64,000 nucleotides of DNA from Balanoglossus misakiensis (Eukaryota; Animalia; Hemichordata). Below, piece after piece: positions 1-14,500 of the stretch (its first letter is position 1; each line of letters starts with the position of its first letter). The notes under the pieces were generated by a model, which had not been told where the DNA came from, made no database searches, and saw nothing but the letters and a program-made list of their open reading frames with translations. The position numbers were made by a program, and so were the translations under genes. The stretch spans positions 2,881,000 through 2,944,999 of the forward strand of contig CM082587.2 in assembly GCA_040954595.2 (NCBI GenBank). Direction: 5' to 3'.

Positions 1-1101
1 AACGAAATCTTTTGTTACATTCATAGTTCCTATAGAATCAATTGATTTGGAATTACAGCTGTATGAATTCAAGGAAATGAGATCAGAACCTACGCCTGAA
101 ACCTTTATCTGATTGTGAAAATGAACAAAAATATATTTGACTTCAAATTGCAACTGCTTTCAGTGCTTGAATGGTAAATTCATTTTCGTATTTACCCCTA
201 CTGTTGATGACCCAAGCAATTTGCCTTGTGTCAATTTATGGGAAGGCGTAATATTTGGAGATTAAATTATTTGAATGTTATTGCTATGGCAACCATGCAG
301 AAGCCACTTCTTCTGTGTTGACACATGCTGGTGACCAGATTGGTATATGCAACTGTAATGTTTCCATGGTAATGGTTATATAAATAGAAGAATCATGTGA
401 CATTTACATGTGTGCCCTTGGAAACTGGTCTTTTGGAAAATGAGTCATCGCCATGTATATTGTAGCATTATCTAAATATATTTAGTACAAATGTTAGCAG
501 GATCAGCAATTTCATGTAGTTGCTGTATGCATCATGAAATGAGGTGATCCACACAATGTAAATCGTATGAACTGTCTTTGAAAAGGGATGTAAATTTACA
601 AGTCAGTCTTTACTGCATCGGTTGTAAATCGTGTTGTAAATCGTCTTGCAAGTCATTGGCAGAACATCCTGTAGTAGACGATAATGTGATTTGAGAGAGG
701 TTGCAATATTGATTGGACGCATGTCATTGTTATAACCTGGATCTTTCGCCTGTCGGAGTTGCATCATGCACTCCGCATGGAACCAAAGAAATTGTGACAG
801 TTGTAATTGCTACATGCTGTTTGTGTGTGAAGAAAGATGTAGTGCGTCTTGTAAATTACATTTGATGATTGTTAGCAAGCAAGAGGATTCTCATAGTGAT
901 GGCTGTGTTCCCGTTGTTGTTTATTGGAAATACATTTAGCCCTGCCTGTCAATCTCATGTACTAAGGACCCGCAGCTTCTTCATTTTACATCATGAGATA
1001 GAACCTCACAGTGGCACCAATAGCAATTTTATATCAACCTTTTTTGCTCATTTTAGTAATGTGACTATTTTAAAGAAAAGTGTATTATTTTTTCCCTTTA
1101 T

Positions 1102-1146
1102 TTTTCAAACGTTGACACAAAGAAATTTTCAAACATTGACTCAAAG
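1102..1146 (+). repeat. Tandem duplication, ~23-bp period, 2 copies
   Basis: ttttcaaacgttgacacaaaga / ttttcaaacattgactcaaaga. Confidence 0.75.
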
Positions 1147-4100
1147 ATTTTGAAAATCTTTCTTTTTGTAATATAAAGGGCCCCACTGAGAAGCATAAGG
1201 TTATATAACAAATACTGAAATATGAATTACTGTGGGATATGGAGTTCTATTATGGCAGTAGGTGTATAATAATGGCTGTATTTCAGCAGAGAACTGAAAA
1301 AGTGAAAAGTGAATAGAGCTACTGTAAAGTGCTGCATTTCTTCAGGGAATAAAAATGTCATCAGAGATATCCGGGTTACAGGTTACCCAACATTGGGTGA
1401 CCATCAGGAGATGGTGCTGCGCATTCTGATGATGCAATTACTGGAGAGTTTGTACGAGTGGCCTGTACCTGTCATTGAAAGATTGTGCCAGGGAATTAAA
1501 CAGGCACTCGGTGACCTCAGAAATTACATCGATCTGTAATTTCCCTTGTGGGGAAATAATATGTGGTTTGGGAAATCTTCGTGCCATTTGGCTGCCAAAA
1601 AGACAAACTGATGATTTCTCTAGTCCTAATGAGACAATTTGTTTCAGTCATTATGGAAAGCTGCATAACAGGTGGGGTTTCTAGTTGATAAGATCTGTAC
1701 ACCTGGTACCACCAATTATATTATAGTATTCAAGATGATCCATTAAAAAAACTCATTTTTGTATTTGTATTGTTGGATGCTGCAGTTTGCTTACCTTGAA
1801 TGATAATGATTATTGGACCTGATACTGTGATGAACTTTAATTAAATGTTCTGCAAATTTGATTCGTTATTTTTTGCAAATATCATTCAATTTTTGAACAC
1901 TACAGTACAATACATTCAGTATTTTTTATAAACTTCATTAAATGTTTTACAAATTTCAGTGTGTTTTAACAATTATGTATGTATATATTTTCTGCCATTT
2001 CAGCCTTTTCAAAGTGCGTGTGAACTCCTTATCACCTTAACATTTACCATCCATTTCTGGTGACACACTTTCTTGAGAAATCATGCTCACATGATAGCTT
2101 ACCAAGGATAGCTAAGTTGTTAACCAATTGTTGTTGGATGCACTGATTAGGTAGCCATGGTAACGGGACTTTCATCAGTCACACCAATGAGTGGTTGCCA
2201 TGACTACTTATCCGCCCAATCACACAATCCAGATATTTCCATAAAGCAAAGGGGAGAAATGATGATTCGTGTCAGCCTCAACTTTTATAAATAACAGAAA
2301 GAAATGAAAGAAGATTCTAAACGATTGTGCTGCAGAATATTGATATAGTTTTCCATATTTACAGTGTCTCTATCTCCTTAAATTTCTATGGCTAATATGA
2401 TATCCTAGGATGCAAAAAAAATGTGTGTGAATTTATATATTTACGGCATACATGTACTGATACATTACCCACCAAGGAACACTTAGTATGCTTAAAATCC
2501 ATCATGCTTTGCTTGAAATCTGATTGTAACCATAGTGATGAGTGAGGTTTTTCATGAGTTTCTGAAGATTATTTGCCAAGATAAGTTGACCCTTACTAAT
2601 GTTACATTTCATAAAGAAGTATATGAGAAATTGATTGAATGTATTAATTTTAGATTATAAACGGCACCTCAAAAACTGAGAATCAAAATATATTTTTTTC
2701 TCATATGTGAAATGTTACTAGGCCATCTGTTGCCAGACAACCATGTTTTTGCCATCACAATGAAAACATAGTTTTAAAGCCCCATCAGCTGCCACTTTTA
2801 TTGTATTTTTAACGATAAAATTCTTCATTCTTCTCCTCATACTAATAGCCGATGTACAGCACTATTTTGAATTTAAGATTCTAATATGCATGTGTGAATA
2901 TCACAATAGTTAATATGCACTCTTGCAATGTGACTTGCAACTTGACGTTGTCAACACAAAAACAACTTCCCAAAATGGCACTCTTGGGAATAATTTAATA
3001 CTTTATGCAAAGGAGTGCTGTTAACAAGTCAAGATAATGAGCCAGGTTTTTCTTCTTTCCTGTGTGATAGAAGCTTGTTATTTTCAAAGGATTACTGTAG
3101 GGTAATAAAAGCTTGATGTAAAATTGTATGATAATAAATCTATCTACTAAAGAGCGGAAAAAAGGAAAGGATAGGCACTTTGAGAAACCAGATTGCTGCT
3201 GATTTCCCACAGAAATGATTTTGTCCTGCACAGATAGATTTCATCCAGCCCATTAAATATGTAATTTTGAAATCGTTTCCGGAGCAGTTGTTATCAGCTA
3301 TTCATGAAACCTGAATCAGGTCATAGAAATATAGACTAGCTGATTAAAGATAGTCTACTAGTCTGTACTTTCAGAGTACAATTTAGATAATTTGGTTCAG
3401 AGCCTCAGGACTTCATTTCATCATACCCGTCGAGTATGCACTATCCTTGAGGGAAGTACAAAAGGGTCATTAACATAGCCAATTTGCATTGGAGCACACT
3501 GCATGTCATGTTGCTTTGACTAATTCTTCCACAAATATACTGGTGTATAATCCTTTCAGTTGTTGGTAAATTTTGAAAGAAATCTCGACGATTTTTAAAA
3601 GTATGCATTTAGAAACATGAAATCTGTCAAATCAGGTAGAAAACGTGTTTATTTTGTACTTGATATATTGAAATATTGCACTTGATTTATTTGAATATTA
3701 TCTCTGATTAATGTTTAATAACCTTAAAGTGCAATTCACAATGATAGCTCATTTTAATTTTACTACACCTGCTGCAAATATATCATTTCAAAAGGAATGT
3801 TAAATTAATGATTGTATTAAAAATAATTTATGTCAAGTTGGCCAATGTGGTGATAGGAGTGAGTCGAAAAGACTGATATTCTGTCAAAACGGAATTTGAC
3901 TGACCATGCTAGGGAAACGTACAAATTTTGATCAGTATAGAAGTATTATTTGCAAAGTGTCATCATCTTCAAATTTACATATGCACAGCATGTAAAAATA
4001 AGAGAGAATAGCACAATGAAAGTCATGAATAAAAGGATTTTAGTTTGAGACTGTGTAACACCTGCCATAAAGAATACCTATGGCATGCAATTGTAGATAC

Positions 4101-7100
4101 ATGAGCTGACAGATGGTCGATGATTAGAAAGACATAATCTAACTCTACTTATTATGTCTGTATCAGGCAAATGATAAATTGAGGAATTCCTTAAGTAGAA
4201 TGTAAGAACCTTATAACCAGATTAAATGCTGTGGACAGTTCAAGTAATATTGTACTTATCCAGGGGTGCAGCTGATCTCTCGGTTATGAAGAATGTTTAA
4301 TAAAATGGCCTGCTATGAAAAAATGCTGTGTTGCTGAAAGACAGGGAAAATGTTGACACGGTGACAATATGGGTTTCTGTAGCTGGTATTTGCCCTTCCA
4401 GACATGCATTTTACTCCAAGAAGTCTGAATGACGATAGCCCATACAAATGCACTTCCCACAGATCAAGCATTTAACATGGGCACTGCTATCAAGTGAGCT
4501 GTGGCAGACAGACACGTTTGATTGTTCTGTGCACGGCCGTAGATAACCAATCAGATGTGATAGGGCAGTATGAGATGTTCAGCACCAGTCAGACTTTTTC
4601 GTGCGTACTGTGTGGGCCTCAGGATAAATAGCAAAGCAAATAGAATTTCTCAGTCTTTAGGATGGTCTACAGTGAGTGCTCCATTGTGATTTATATTCAG
4701 ATAACTCAATTGTTTAGCTGCACTCCTGACTTGTCAGAATCAAGATTGATGGATCAACTTTATCTGAGACTACATAATTCTCAGCTTCGGCTAACTCTGA
4801 ATGTTCTGTTGCTGCTCCCTTGAGTTCTCAGGACATCGTCTGCATACTTGAATGTTTCCTGATCTTTGCGTCCAGTGTCGCCATAGTTTGACAATGATAC
4901 GGCATTGAAGAATCAATTTGTATGCAACAGAGTCCGTGTACAATGTTCATAAAAAATTCTGGCCTGGAGAAAGTCCTCCCTCTGGGGTGAATCAACACAC
5001 AAGTGATAAAAATCATGCTTGTAACATATGTCCTTTGCATCTTTAATATACGAGTACCGGTGTATGGCATGAGATACATGTATGCTTGAACTGGTGATGG
5101 AGAATGTGAATGCCTCGGAATGGGTTATATTTGCTCAAGGGTGTAAATCTTCTCTTCTCGCCAGAACATCTTGTCATCTTGTGCAGAAACACCTGTAAAA
5201 CTAGAAATAAGGATATTCACATCCCAGGTTTCTACAAAATGTGTAATTCAACATTTCGCCTTTCAGTGTTAACTTGTCAAGTTTGGTGGCCATTTTGATG
5301 TTTATATGAGGACATATTTTGTGATTATTTGTTTGCTGTTCCAGGCAAATTAGCCTTTTTGTCAAAGTCCCGAATCAACTTCCTGTCATGCTCTTGAGGG
5401 AGTGTACGTGTGTATGTGTACTAGTAATTCTTATCTCTCAATCCCTTGATGATGAATGGCTGTTTTTCCAAATCAACTGACTTGATCCATGATCTACTGA
5501 CTCCCATGACAGCTCTGTGACCTTATGTTATGCTGGCATGTGAATCCCATGAACTTTTACTGTCAGTTTCGCACAATCCAGACATTATAACGAAATGGAG
5601 AGTTTTCCCTCAATGTTAAGAAGTATACCGGAGGAAATCTTGCAGTGACAACTGTCATTTCATTCGTCATTTCTCATTTATAATTACTGATCGACAACGG
5701 ATGCAAGAGTGGACTCAATTTGTCATTGTCACCATAAATATCATGTAATATGCATTCATTTGTCTTGAAGCGTCTAATCATTGTAAGCTGACAATGACTT
5801 GGCTGACTCTTTGATAAACAAGCCATCAGACTCTGGATGATGACGCCGATGCTTGTTTGCAAATACTTGATTGATGGCAGATCCGTGTACTCTTTGGAAA
5901 TGCCAGACTTCCTTTGTATCCACACTTCCTCTTTCTGAATTTCTGATTGAGATTTCACGGCATTAATGTTGAAGGGTGATAAATTCTGGTATATATCTGA
6001 CGCCTTCTATTTCTTAATGCAGACTTTTCAGGATTCTCTGAAAGTGTGTGTAATACTGCAGTTCCTAAAAATAAATCGGTGGTGACGTGATGAGGGGGTG
6101 TCTATTGAAATCAGTGCAACGGAGTGATCATGACTCATCTTTGCCACCACTGAATGTCAAAGGCAAAGATTACCTGCTAACTCTTGCTGAAACAGGTGCT
6201 TTTTTCCTCAGGTGTGATTGTACCAGGTGGGCGTTATTGCCATTTATTTGTAAGCATGTGGGCAGGAAGATAGCGTTGCCAATACACTGCATCGATTCTG
6301 TTCAATTCAGTTCTCTGAAATGACGATATGCACCATAGCATCCACAGTATCAAGGTAATATCCTTGTATATAAAGAGAAGCTACAGTGAATAAAAGTCTT
6401 TTTGTAAGGCTCTGAGTGCATTATTGTATGAATCAGGTGCAAGCTATTTGCAGGGTGTTCAAAGCATGGTATATCGTCAAGCTGTTGTAATTTGTTTCAC
6501 TTTGAATTTGATGTTGAAGTGAATGTGTGCATGGTATTTTTGCATTGTTAGGCAGTCAAATCATGTGACACTGTACAGATCCATGACAACCAGTTTATAT
6601 ATACCATATGATTTATAAGGGATCAAAGGTTAAGTAAACCATGATACCGGTATTGTTGATACCAGCAGTAGTAATGTTAGGGTCAGTTATGTGCACTGTA
6701 CAGTTGTTGTCTGAGAAATGGCTAATTCGAACAAAAAGGTGAACAGAAAATGCCCATAATGTTCAATGACATTTTTCCTTGCCGTCAGAAATGTGGATGC
6801 CTGTGTGCAGCTGTTTATAATGTGTTCTAGATCTGTGATAGTGAGACTACACTCTGAGCTCCATGAAGCAAGCTAAGTGCTAGCACTCAACTTTCAACAA
6901 CAAACAGTAAATTTTTCTGTTATGGAGTTATGGCGAAATAGGAAAAAGTAATTGACTTGCAATTAAGCTACACAACAAAGGGTTTAAACATGTCATCTCA
7001 ATGAATATAAAGAAAGATACAGTTGGTGGTTTCGAATTGTCAAGGGTCTGTCATTTCATGACCGCAAGAGCATGTGTAACATATAGCTGCTTGTGTATGG

Positions 7101-8447
7101 CTGAATATTACACAGAAAATGGGATGGAAATCGACGTCGAGTCAATTGCCTGAACAATTGACATTGATTAGCCTGCAGGTTGACATTGATTAGCACGGCT
7201 ATCGTGCAAACCCTGACATTATCAAGCAGAGAGACATCTTTGCCCACTGCATATAATACAAGATTCGATGGACATGTTTCATGTAGTCAGTCCTACAGTG
7301 TGGGATGTTGATTTGGCGTCAAATATGCTCTTGTGTGTCATGCAGTGTTGTCTCTGCTGTCACGAAATTTGCCTGTTTGCAGTTTAGTGTTTAATGGACA
7401 GTTCTTCTTTGGCAATAATGAACTGTTGGTAGGATCACCTGTTGAGTCTAAATATATGACTTTAAACATTTCAGCGTGTCCATACGTATTCTACAAGTGT
7501 TGACGTGTTTCTGTGCACACCAGGGCATTTAAATATGCCTCTTTTATAGTGCCTGCAATGTACAGGGAATAAAATTGTTAGCGTGTGAGTGTAACATCTG
7601 ATATGCCAGGAGTCATAGACATGCTGGTGTGGACTGAGACAGTCACTAGACAATAACTTATTGTCACAATATTATTGCAACATTGTCAAGTCAATACTAT
7701 AAAAAAGCACAAACAAAGAGGAAATTAAAATACATGGAAACTGGAGAATGCACACAGTCTGAATGGCGAAAGAAATTGAGTTGACGGTACTGATGAAATT
7801 TTTTGTGCTGAGTACATGTTTGATATTTGCATCACTATTATTAATAGTATTATTGCAAACATACGTCATAGGTTTTGTTAAGAGAGCTACAAGGGCCTGA
7901 TAATCTCTCCAAATTCCGTGAAGAGATTGGAATTGTTTGAACTATAAGAAAAATCACATAGTCTTCAACTAAGTTTGTTACATTTTCATGTTTTATTATT
8001 TCCTTTTCAGTGAAGTAGTTCTGGTAGTGATCTTCAGTCCTTTCAGTAGGAATGAGGTTTTATTGAACACCGTGCTAATTACATTTTACCATTGACAAAA
8101 AATCTTTGAAATTTAATAAGATATTCACCAAGGAAACATTTGCATAAACTGGCTGCATTAACTTGCCATGTCCTCAATTTGATTTGTACATAACACATAT
8201 ACTGGTGATGTACAGTTTGTCCTGAATACATCATTCATGATTGCATTCAACCATTCATACATCATCAACAGCAAGGACATTGAGCAAAGAAAATTGCTCT
8301 GCAAATTGAGTTCCAATATTTTTAACATGCCTTGGTGATGAAATGATGAACTTCTTACAAATTGAATTGAAATCGCCAATATGGGAACAGTTAAATGGGC
8401 ATAAAATGGGGCCTGCTGTAATAGTTTTTATAATCAAGAACAGGTTC

Positions 8448-8516
8448 TGCTTTATGGGCTGAATTGTATGCATAAATAAAATTGCTTTATAGGCTGAATT
8501 GTATGCATAAATAAAA
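8448..8516 (+). repeat. Tandem duplication, 35-bp period, 2 copies
   Basis: tgctttat(g/a)ggctgaattgtatgcataaataaaa repeated with one mismatch. Confidence 0.85.
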
Positions 8517-11500
8517 ACATTCAACCAGCCTTGAATCATGTCCCTCACGCTTGAGTTATTTTGTTTGTAATGAAGTTATGCTTTCAGATCTAATACTGTT
8601 AGTGGCATTGTAAAATACATGTACATTGAAGCACTGTCATTTTATGAGTGTCCTTGATAAACACTCATTAGCCTCTGTTCAAAAAAGTTCTTTTTTCTTT
8701 ACAAGTGACTACATTTCATGTGACAGTATAAATGAAAATTTATGAAGCATGTCTTATGTACACTCACACACCTTGTGGCCAGGAAAGCACCATACTATTT
8801 CTATTAACTGCCATGCTCCTTCTCAAGCAAATGCAGTTGGTGCAAAGAACAGGAAAGAGCTCTGAACTGCAGCTATAAACTCCCCCAACTCGAGATAAAA
8901 TGATAAAATATGAACTATAGAGACTGAGATGAATGCCACTTGCACCGATAGTGCGGTCTTTGTGTTCCGCTTCTGTATGTTCCTTGTGGGCAGGACCTAT
9001 GTACCTTCCGGGCACGACATCTGAGTACCTCAAAAAAGCATTAGTGACAGACCTGTCATTAACTTGTGCCAGTCAGTTGTACGCAAACCTGTCAGCCATG
9101 TCTATCATGGGTTTTAAACTGCAGAGGAGCAAAATTTATCCATCAGTACCACTTAGAGCAACTTTTCTGTAAAGGCTGACACAACTTTACTGTAACTACT
9201 GATGCAAACACAGTCTGATAATAGTTTGTAGTATTCTCATATTGCCGCTGGTACCAGTGCTAAATAACTACTTCAGAGAATGTATTTTTTTCACACACAC
9301 ATGATATTTATGAAAATATCAATCTTATTAAACTCTTGTGTGTCATCCACGCATCGATAATGGACAATTTCTTTTTCTATACAAAACATTGTGGTGAGAA
9401 TATTGCATTCTGGTTATGAGGGGATCATTTACCACTGTTTGCATTGGTAATTTAATATACTCAAGTCTACCAAGGCAGTGTCATTAACCGTGAGATATAA
9501 TAACTCATAATCGGGCAGGTAAACCTCTTGTCAGCTCATAAATATTTCAGCAAACTTACTCGGTATTATGCTGCTAATCGGTTTGGCATTACTGATATGA
9601 AAATGAGGAAATGATGCCATCATCAAAGTGTCTGCAAAAACCATGACAACTTAATCCGATTATGAGCAGATGCAGTAAACCTAATGGGCAGACCATGGTG
9701 TTTGTTTTTTCGTGTCTTCAAACAAATTATGGGGTTGTGTCAGTCAGTATTAATGGGTGTCATAGGTGAGAGACTTCCAGGAAGGGGGATTATACTGTTC
9801 ATGCTGAGTTGTGGAGGCTTGTCAATGTAAATAGGCAAACTGCACTATTCTGAGAATTAATTTTCTCTGGTTACCATGATACATGTACAGACTATTTCTC
9901 TACACAGACACCACTCAGTGGAGGTTGCTATGTTTCCACCGAGAGTGTAATATTTTCGATAGACTTCATTGTTCCATATTATGCCGTTGTGTAGCTGAAC
10001 CAGGCAAATTGGAAATCATATTTTTGTTGACCCATCTAGTGAACAGAAAAGTATACATTTATCTGACGAAATTATGCAACAGTGGATGGTAACACTTCCT
10101 TTCTTTTTAATAATTAAGTAATTTAGTCCATTATGGAGGGACAGATTTTCCTGATAATGCTTAGAGTACACAAAGATAATGGATCAATAAACACATGCCA
10201 TTAATGATAAAAAGGTTAGCTAGTGTTAAAGGTTAGGGGATTATAGTTTATAATCAAATTTGAAATAGGAAGCCTATTTCTAACACAGATCTATGGAAGA
10301 TATAAAATATGGATGTACTATTAGTGTTGTATTTGTAAAAATTAATATTTAATGTTGGCAGAAGCTATTTTGATATTTCCTACATTGAAAACTGGAAAAT
10401 AAATTGATATTGCCACAAATCTGGAACCCATGTCAGTTGGTACATTTTATGAAATCCAACTTTCGATCCAAATTACAACCATTTTCATAATTGAATTGCA
10501 AGTATTTCATTAGATGAATGTTATTGAAATTTGCCTGATGATAAAATATCCACCTTCCCCTCACCCAATATTGGTTGGTTTGTTTTTTGAGACCCCCCCC
10601 CTCGATATTCTAATGACTTCATGGAATAATATTAAGGTGTAAAGTATTCAGTTTTCCCGGAAAGAAGATACCACTCCCTAGATTACTGATTATTTTCATT
10701 TGTAGTGTGCACTCTACGGTCAGGCCTAACATTTCTTTTTTTATATCAACGTGAACTGTAGTTGGCAGTATTGATACTGATTGGAAATGGACATTCGTCA
10801 CCCAGAGTATTCTGACGCAACAACGTTTCTGAAATTTTGCTCTCTATAAAATGAGAAATAAACTAGTAATGATGATTGATTGTTTGGTTTAAAGCATGAG
10901 TAATCCAGGACTATAACCCCAGTACAGGTGTGAACTAGTCTCTGCCAACTGAATTTTTTACAAAATGTTGACAGGAGAGGTCAATTCCATTTTTAGTTCT
11001 TGCTGTAGCAGCTGGTGTTTCAGGTACTTGAATCAAAACACAGATAAAAATGACGTGTTTTTTTTTTTACTGGAATATGTGCCATTCAATTCACATTTGA
11101 TGGATTTGAAAAGTTGTACTGTACAAGGGTCATGTCGTGATCAGAAACATTCCTAGCAACCAGTTTGTTCTCTGTATTTTTTATTGAAGTCTTATAGCTC
11201 ATAATTGACAAGGTGCATGTGGACACTGTACATAACTTGGTTTTGAAATGGCAGTCAGGAAAATGCATATATCTGAAAACAATGTTTCCACTCTGAAGTA
11301 GAAATCAGTGTTATGAGAAAACCACCCATTGCGAATGCATCTGAAATAATTTAGCTGCTTCAGGTGTGCGATCACAAATTAATGTGAGTGCAAACAAAGG
11401 GTCACTTTTTATCTCAGATATCTGCAGGGCATTTCCATGATATCAGTGCGATTAGTTGGAATTTGATATATACAATGGAGCCTGGTTGATGTATGATGAT

Positions 11501-14500
11501 GATGGTTACTCTGTTGTTGTCATGGTTTTTATCTTGCATCCAAATGCTCATCAAGAAACATTGTCAGAGCCAAAATGAATAATCGGTGTTTACCTTATTC
11601 TTTTTGTTGAGGTTTTTACTCTCATATCTTACAAACGGGATTGAAGTTGTGTTTGGTCGAACGTTGATTCACTACACATCCAGATGTAGAATAACATATT
11701 AAACAACGTCTTGTATCAAACATAATATTAATGGGAAAATGGCAGCGAGAGAGAGACTTCGTCCCTTTAATAAATCTGTGTTATAAGTGAATATATACTT
11801 ACAGATTTTTCAAGCCAGTTTGTTTATCCAGGTCTTACCACACAATCAATAAGAGCAAGACTTGATTAGATCCTGATGGTGCAGCCATTCATAATTGTCT
11901 CCTAAGTGTTTCCAGGATGCTGTCAATTGTACAAGTGGGACAATGGCAACGAGAGAGGGAGAGATGATACTTGTACCCTGTATGCCATGTTCCTTGAGGC
12001 AACTTTGTCACCATGGTAGCAAATTACTACTATTGATGTGGTTTTATGAATGTAAGCAGCTGTCTGGTAAGAGTGTTTGGAAACAGATACCCTTCGTATA
12101 TTGGATACAGCTTGAGGCTTTTAATGTATTTTTTTCATTTTCTGTACCCAAAGGTAGTGTTTTAATCATATTTCATATTTGTGTGCACAACACTGTATAC
12201 TGTGTGCATCTGTGTCACGTGTGTAAGATTTCAGTTAGCGAAAAATCTGTTTGAGACTCAGAGAAGACAATAAGTGTCTTTTTACTTACATACCGTACAT
12301 GGACGCATTACCTTGAGGTGTGTCTGAACCAAGCACAGAGATATGAATAGCATAGTGCACCTTGACGTCGTTGCCTTGGAGATGTGACTGTCACTGATGT
12401 GGCTGAGTGCGCAAGATATTGATTGTGCACTGCCGCTATTATAAAAAAGTTTCCAGTGTTCATATATACTTACAGTGTGTTCTGTATGTGACAGCAACAA
12501 TATGGACATCTTCCTTCACGCACACACAAAGGATTATTAATTTGCAGTCTCCAGGATTTCCAAAATTGTGCACTGCCGTTTCCAAGGTGTTTCCCCATTT
12601 CCAGAGGAAAAATGACTGGGAGATGTTAGTTTTCATCGATGTAGCTTTTATCGCTGGTGCATTGGTATCGTTAATTAGCTGTTCCTGCAATCACAGTCTT
12701 CAGGATATGAAATCGCGTGTTTCTCCGTATGAAGATTGAGTTCCAGCTCCAACTCTGAGCAAAGCGAACTGGTAACATTCAGGTTAACTGTAGCTTGCAG
12801 TCACTTGGAAGTGTAGAATATATGCAATTACTTCTGTTGGATGTACACGTCGGCACATCGGCATGTTTTGATTCCTTGTTTGAATCTAAGTGGCGGTGAA
12901 TTCGCAGAAAACTGAACATGATTACCCATACAATAGACTATGGTAGTCGAAAGACTTCAAGTGTTCCGTGAGTATATTGATTGACTACGTGTTTTCGCCA
13001 TGGTGTGAATTTTCAATGTCAATAGCATTTTGAATGTTATCTTTTTATGCGGAGAATTCCATTGAATGAAAGAGCACTCATTTATTTTTTAGGAGATTTA
13101 ATTTCAAATTTGTTTTCATTTACATCCAACACTGTATGCTGTTATTGTGTGCAGCGTGATATGAAAAATTTTGATAATTTGAAAGAAAAAGAATTTACAA
13201 GATGACCTTCAACATCAAGGCTGAAGTATTGAATTTGCTACCCGCACGTAGCATGCCAATAGTAGACTTAATCTTTTCTTTCTTGTACTCAGGTTAATTG
13301 ACATTTAGTGTGAACAGGGATTTGTGTATTGTACGCTTGGGATCATTTCTGAGAAAGATTTAGTGTCTTATCCTATGAGATTTCTTCTCTGTGTTTTTCT
13401 GTTCACAAAACACTCTTACAGAAAGCATCTTGTTTGCAGTAAATTTTGATAGTGTGTCTAGCAGGAGTATCTCCTGAGATGTTTTCTGTCTGCCTTTTCT
13501 GTTTGCGTCAACCAAACACTATTCCCATATCATTTCCGCAGGAAGTTTTCCCAGAAATCAATATATGAGCTGTCAGTTGAGAAATTTAATCAATTCCAGT
13601 GGTTCAAAGCAAAAGACACAGGTTTATATAGTGTATCAGTTATGCGGTAGTAACAATTAATATGCAAGTGTCATTACTGTTTATAGGGATTTTAATTAAT
13701 TAATTTGATTACGGTAATAAACCTCTATACAATATGTGATCAAAATCTAATATAAATTTAGCATTGTGTAACATAGGTATATGCAGACGTCTCTGAAAAG
13801 CCAATCAGCTTCAGACTTCTTTTGTGTCAACCATGCATAACAATTAGGGCAAGAATTGCAACCAATGGTGGTGTAGAATATGCCTTGAGGTTTAAATTTT
13901 TATGAAAAGGATACCTATCCACTTTAAGACCAATTAAGACTGCAACTCTGTGGTATTTTTTTCACAAACGCACCGACTAGCATTGAAATCAGGCATTCAG
14001 TTTCTGCACGACAATAAAGTCCATCTGTTGGTGTTTCATCGTTTCTCAGAAATCAGATTTTAATTATGTCTGAATTCTAATAAAAGATTGTCATAAGAAG
14101 TCATAATTTATACTGTCATAAAGCAAACCTTGTCATGTATGAGATTTCTCTAGAATATCCCACAGAGATGTGTGTCCTTCATGATATATAGCCAGCATGA
14201 TAACCACTATCAAAATTTTTAATTCGTGTCCGCAGGGCCTACAATATACTCTTACAAAATTATGCATTGTATATTGAAGTACTGTGGCAATATCATCTGT
14301 CACAACTGATTTTATTCAGTTTTTTTTTCTACTTTTTATGGATCTATGATTGGTAAAGTTGAAAGTACTGACATGGTCATTTCTTTAAGTTACAGATTTT
14401 TGAAGTCTCCTTTGTAAGTGTTATCAAAACAAAAATTTGTATTGTCTAAAATACAACGTATAAATATTTGTTACGCAATCTAAACTTTGTTTTCTGTTTA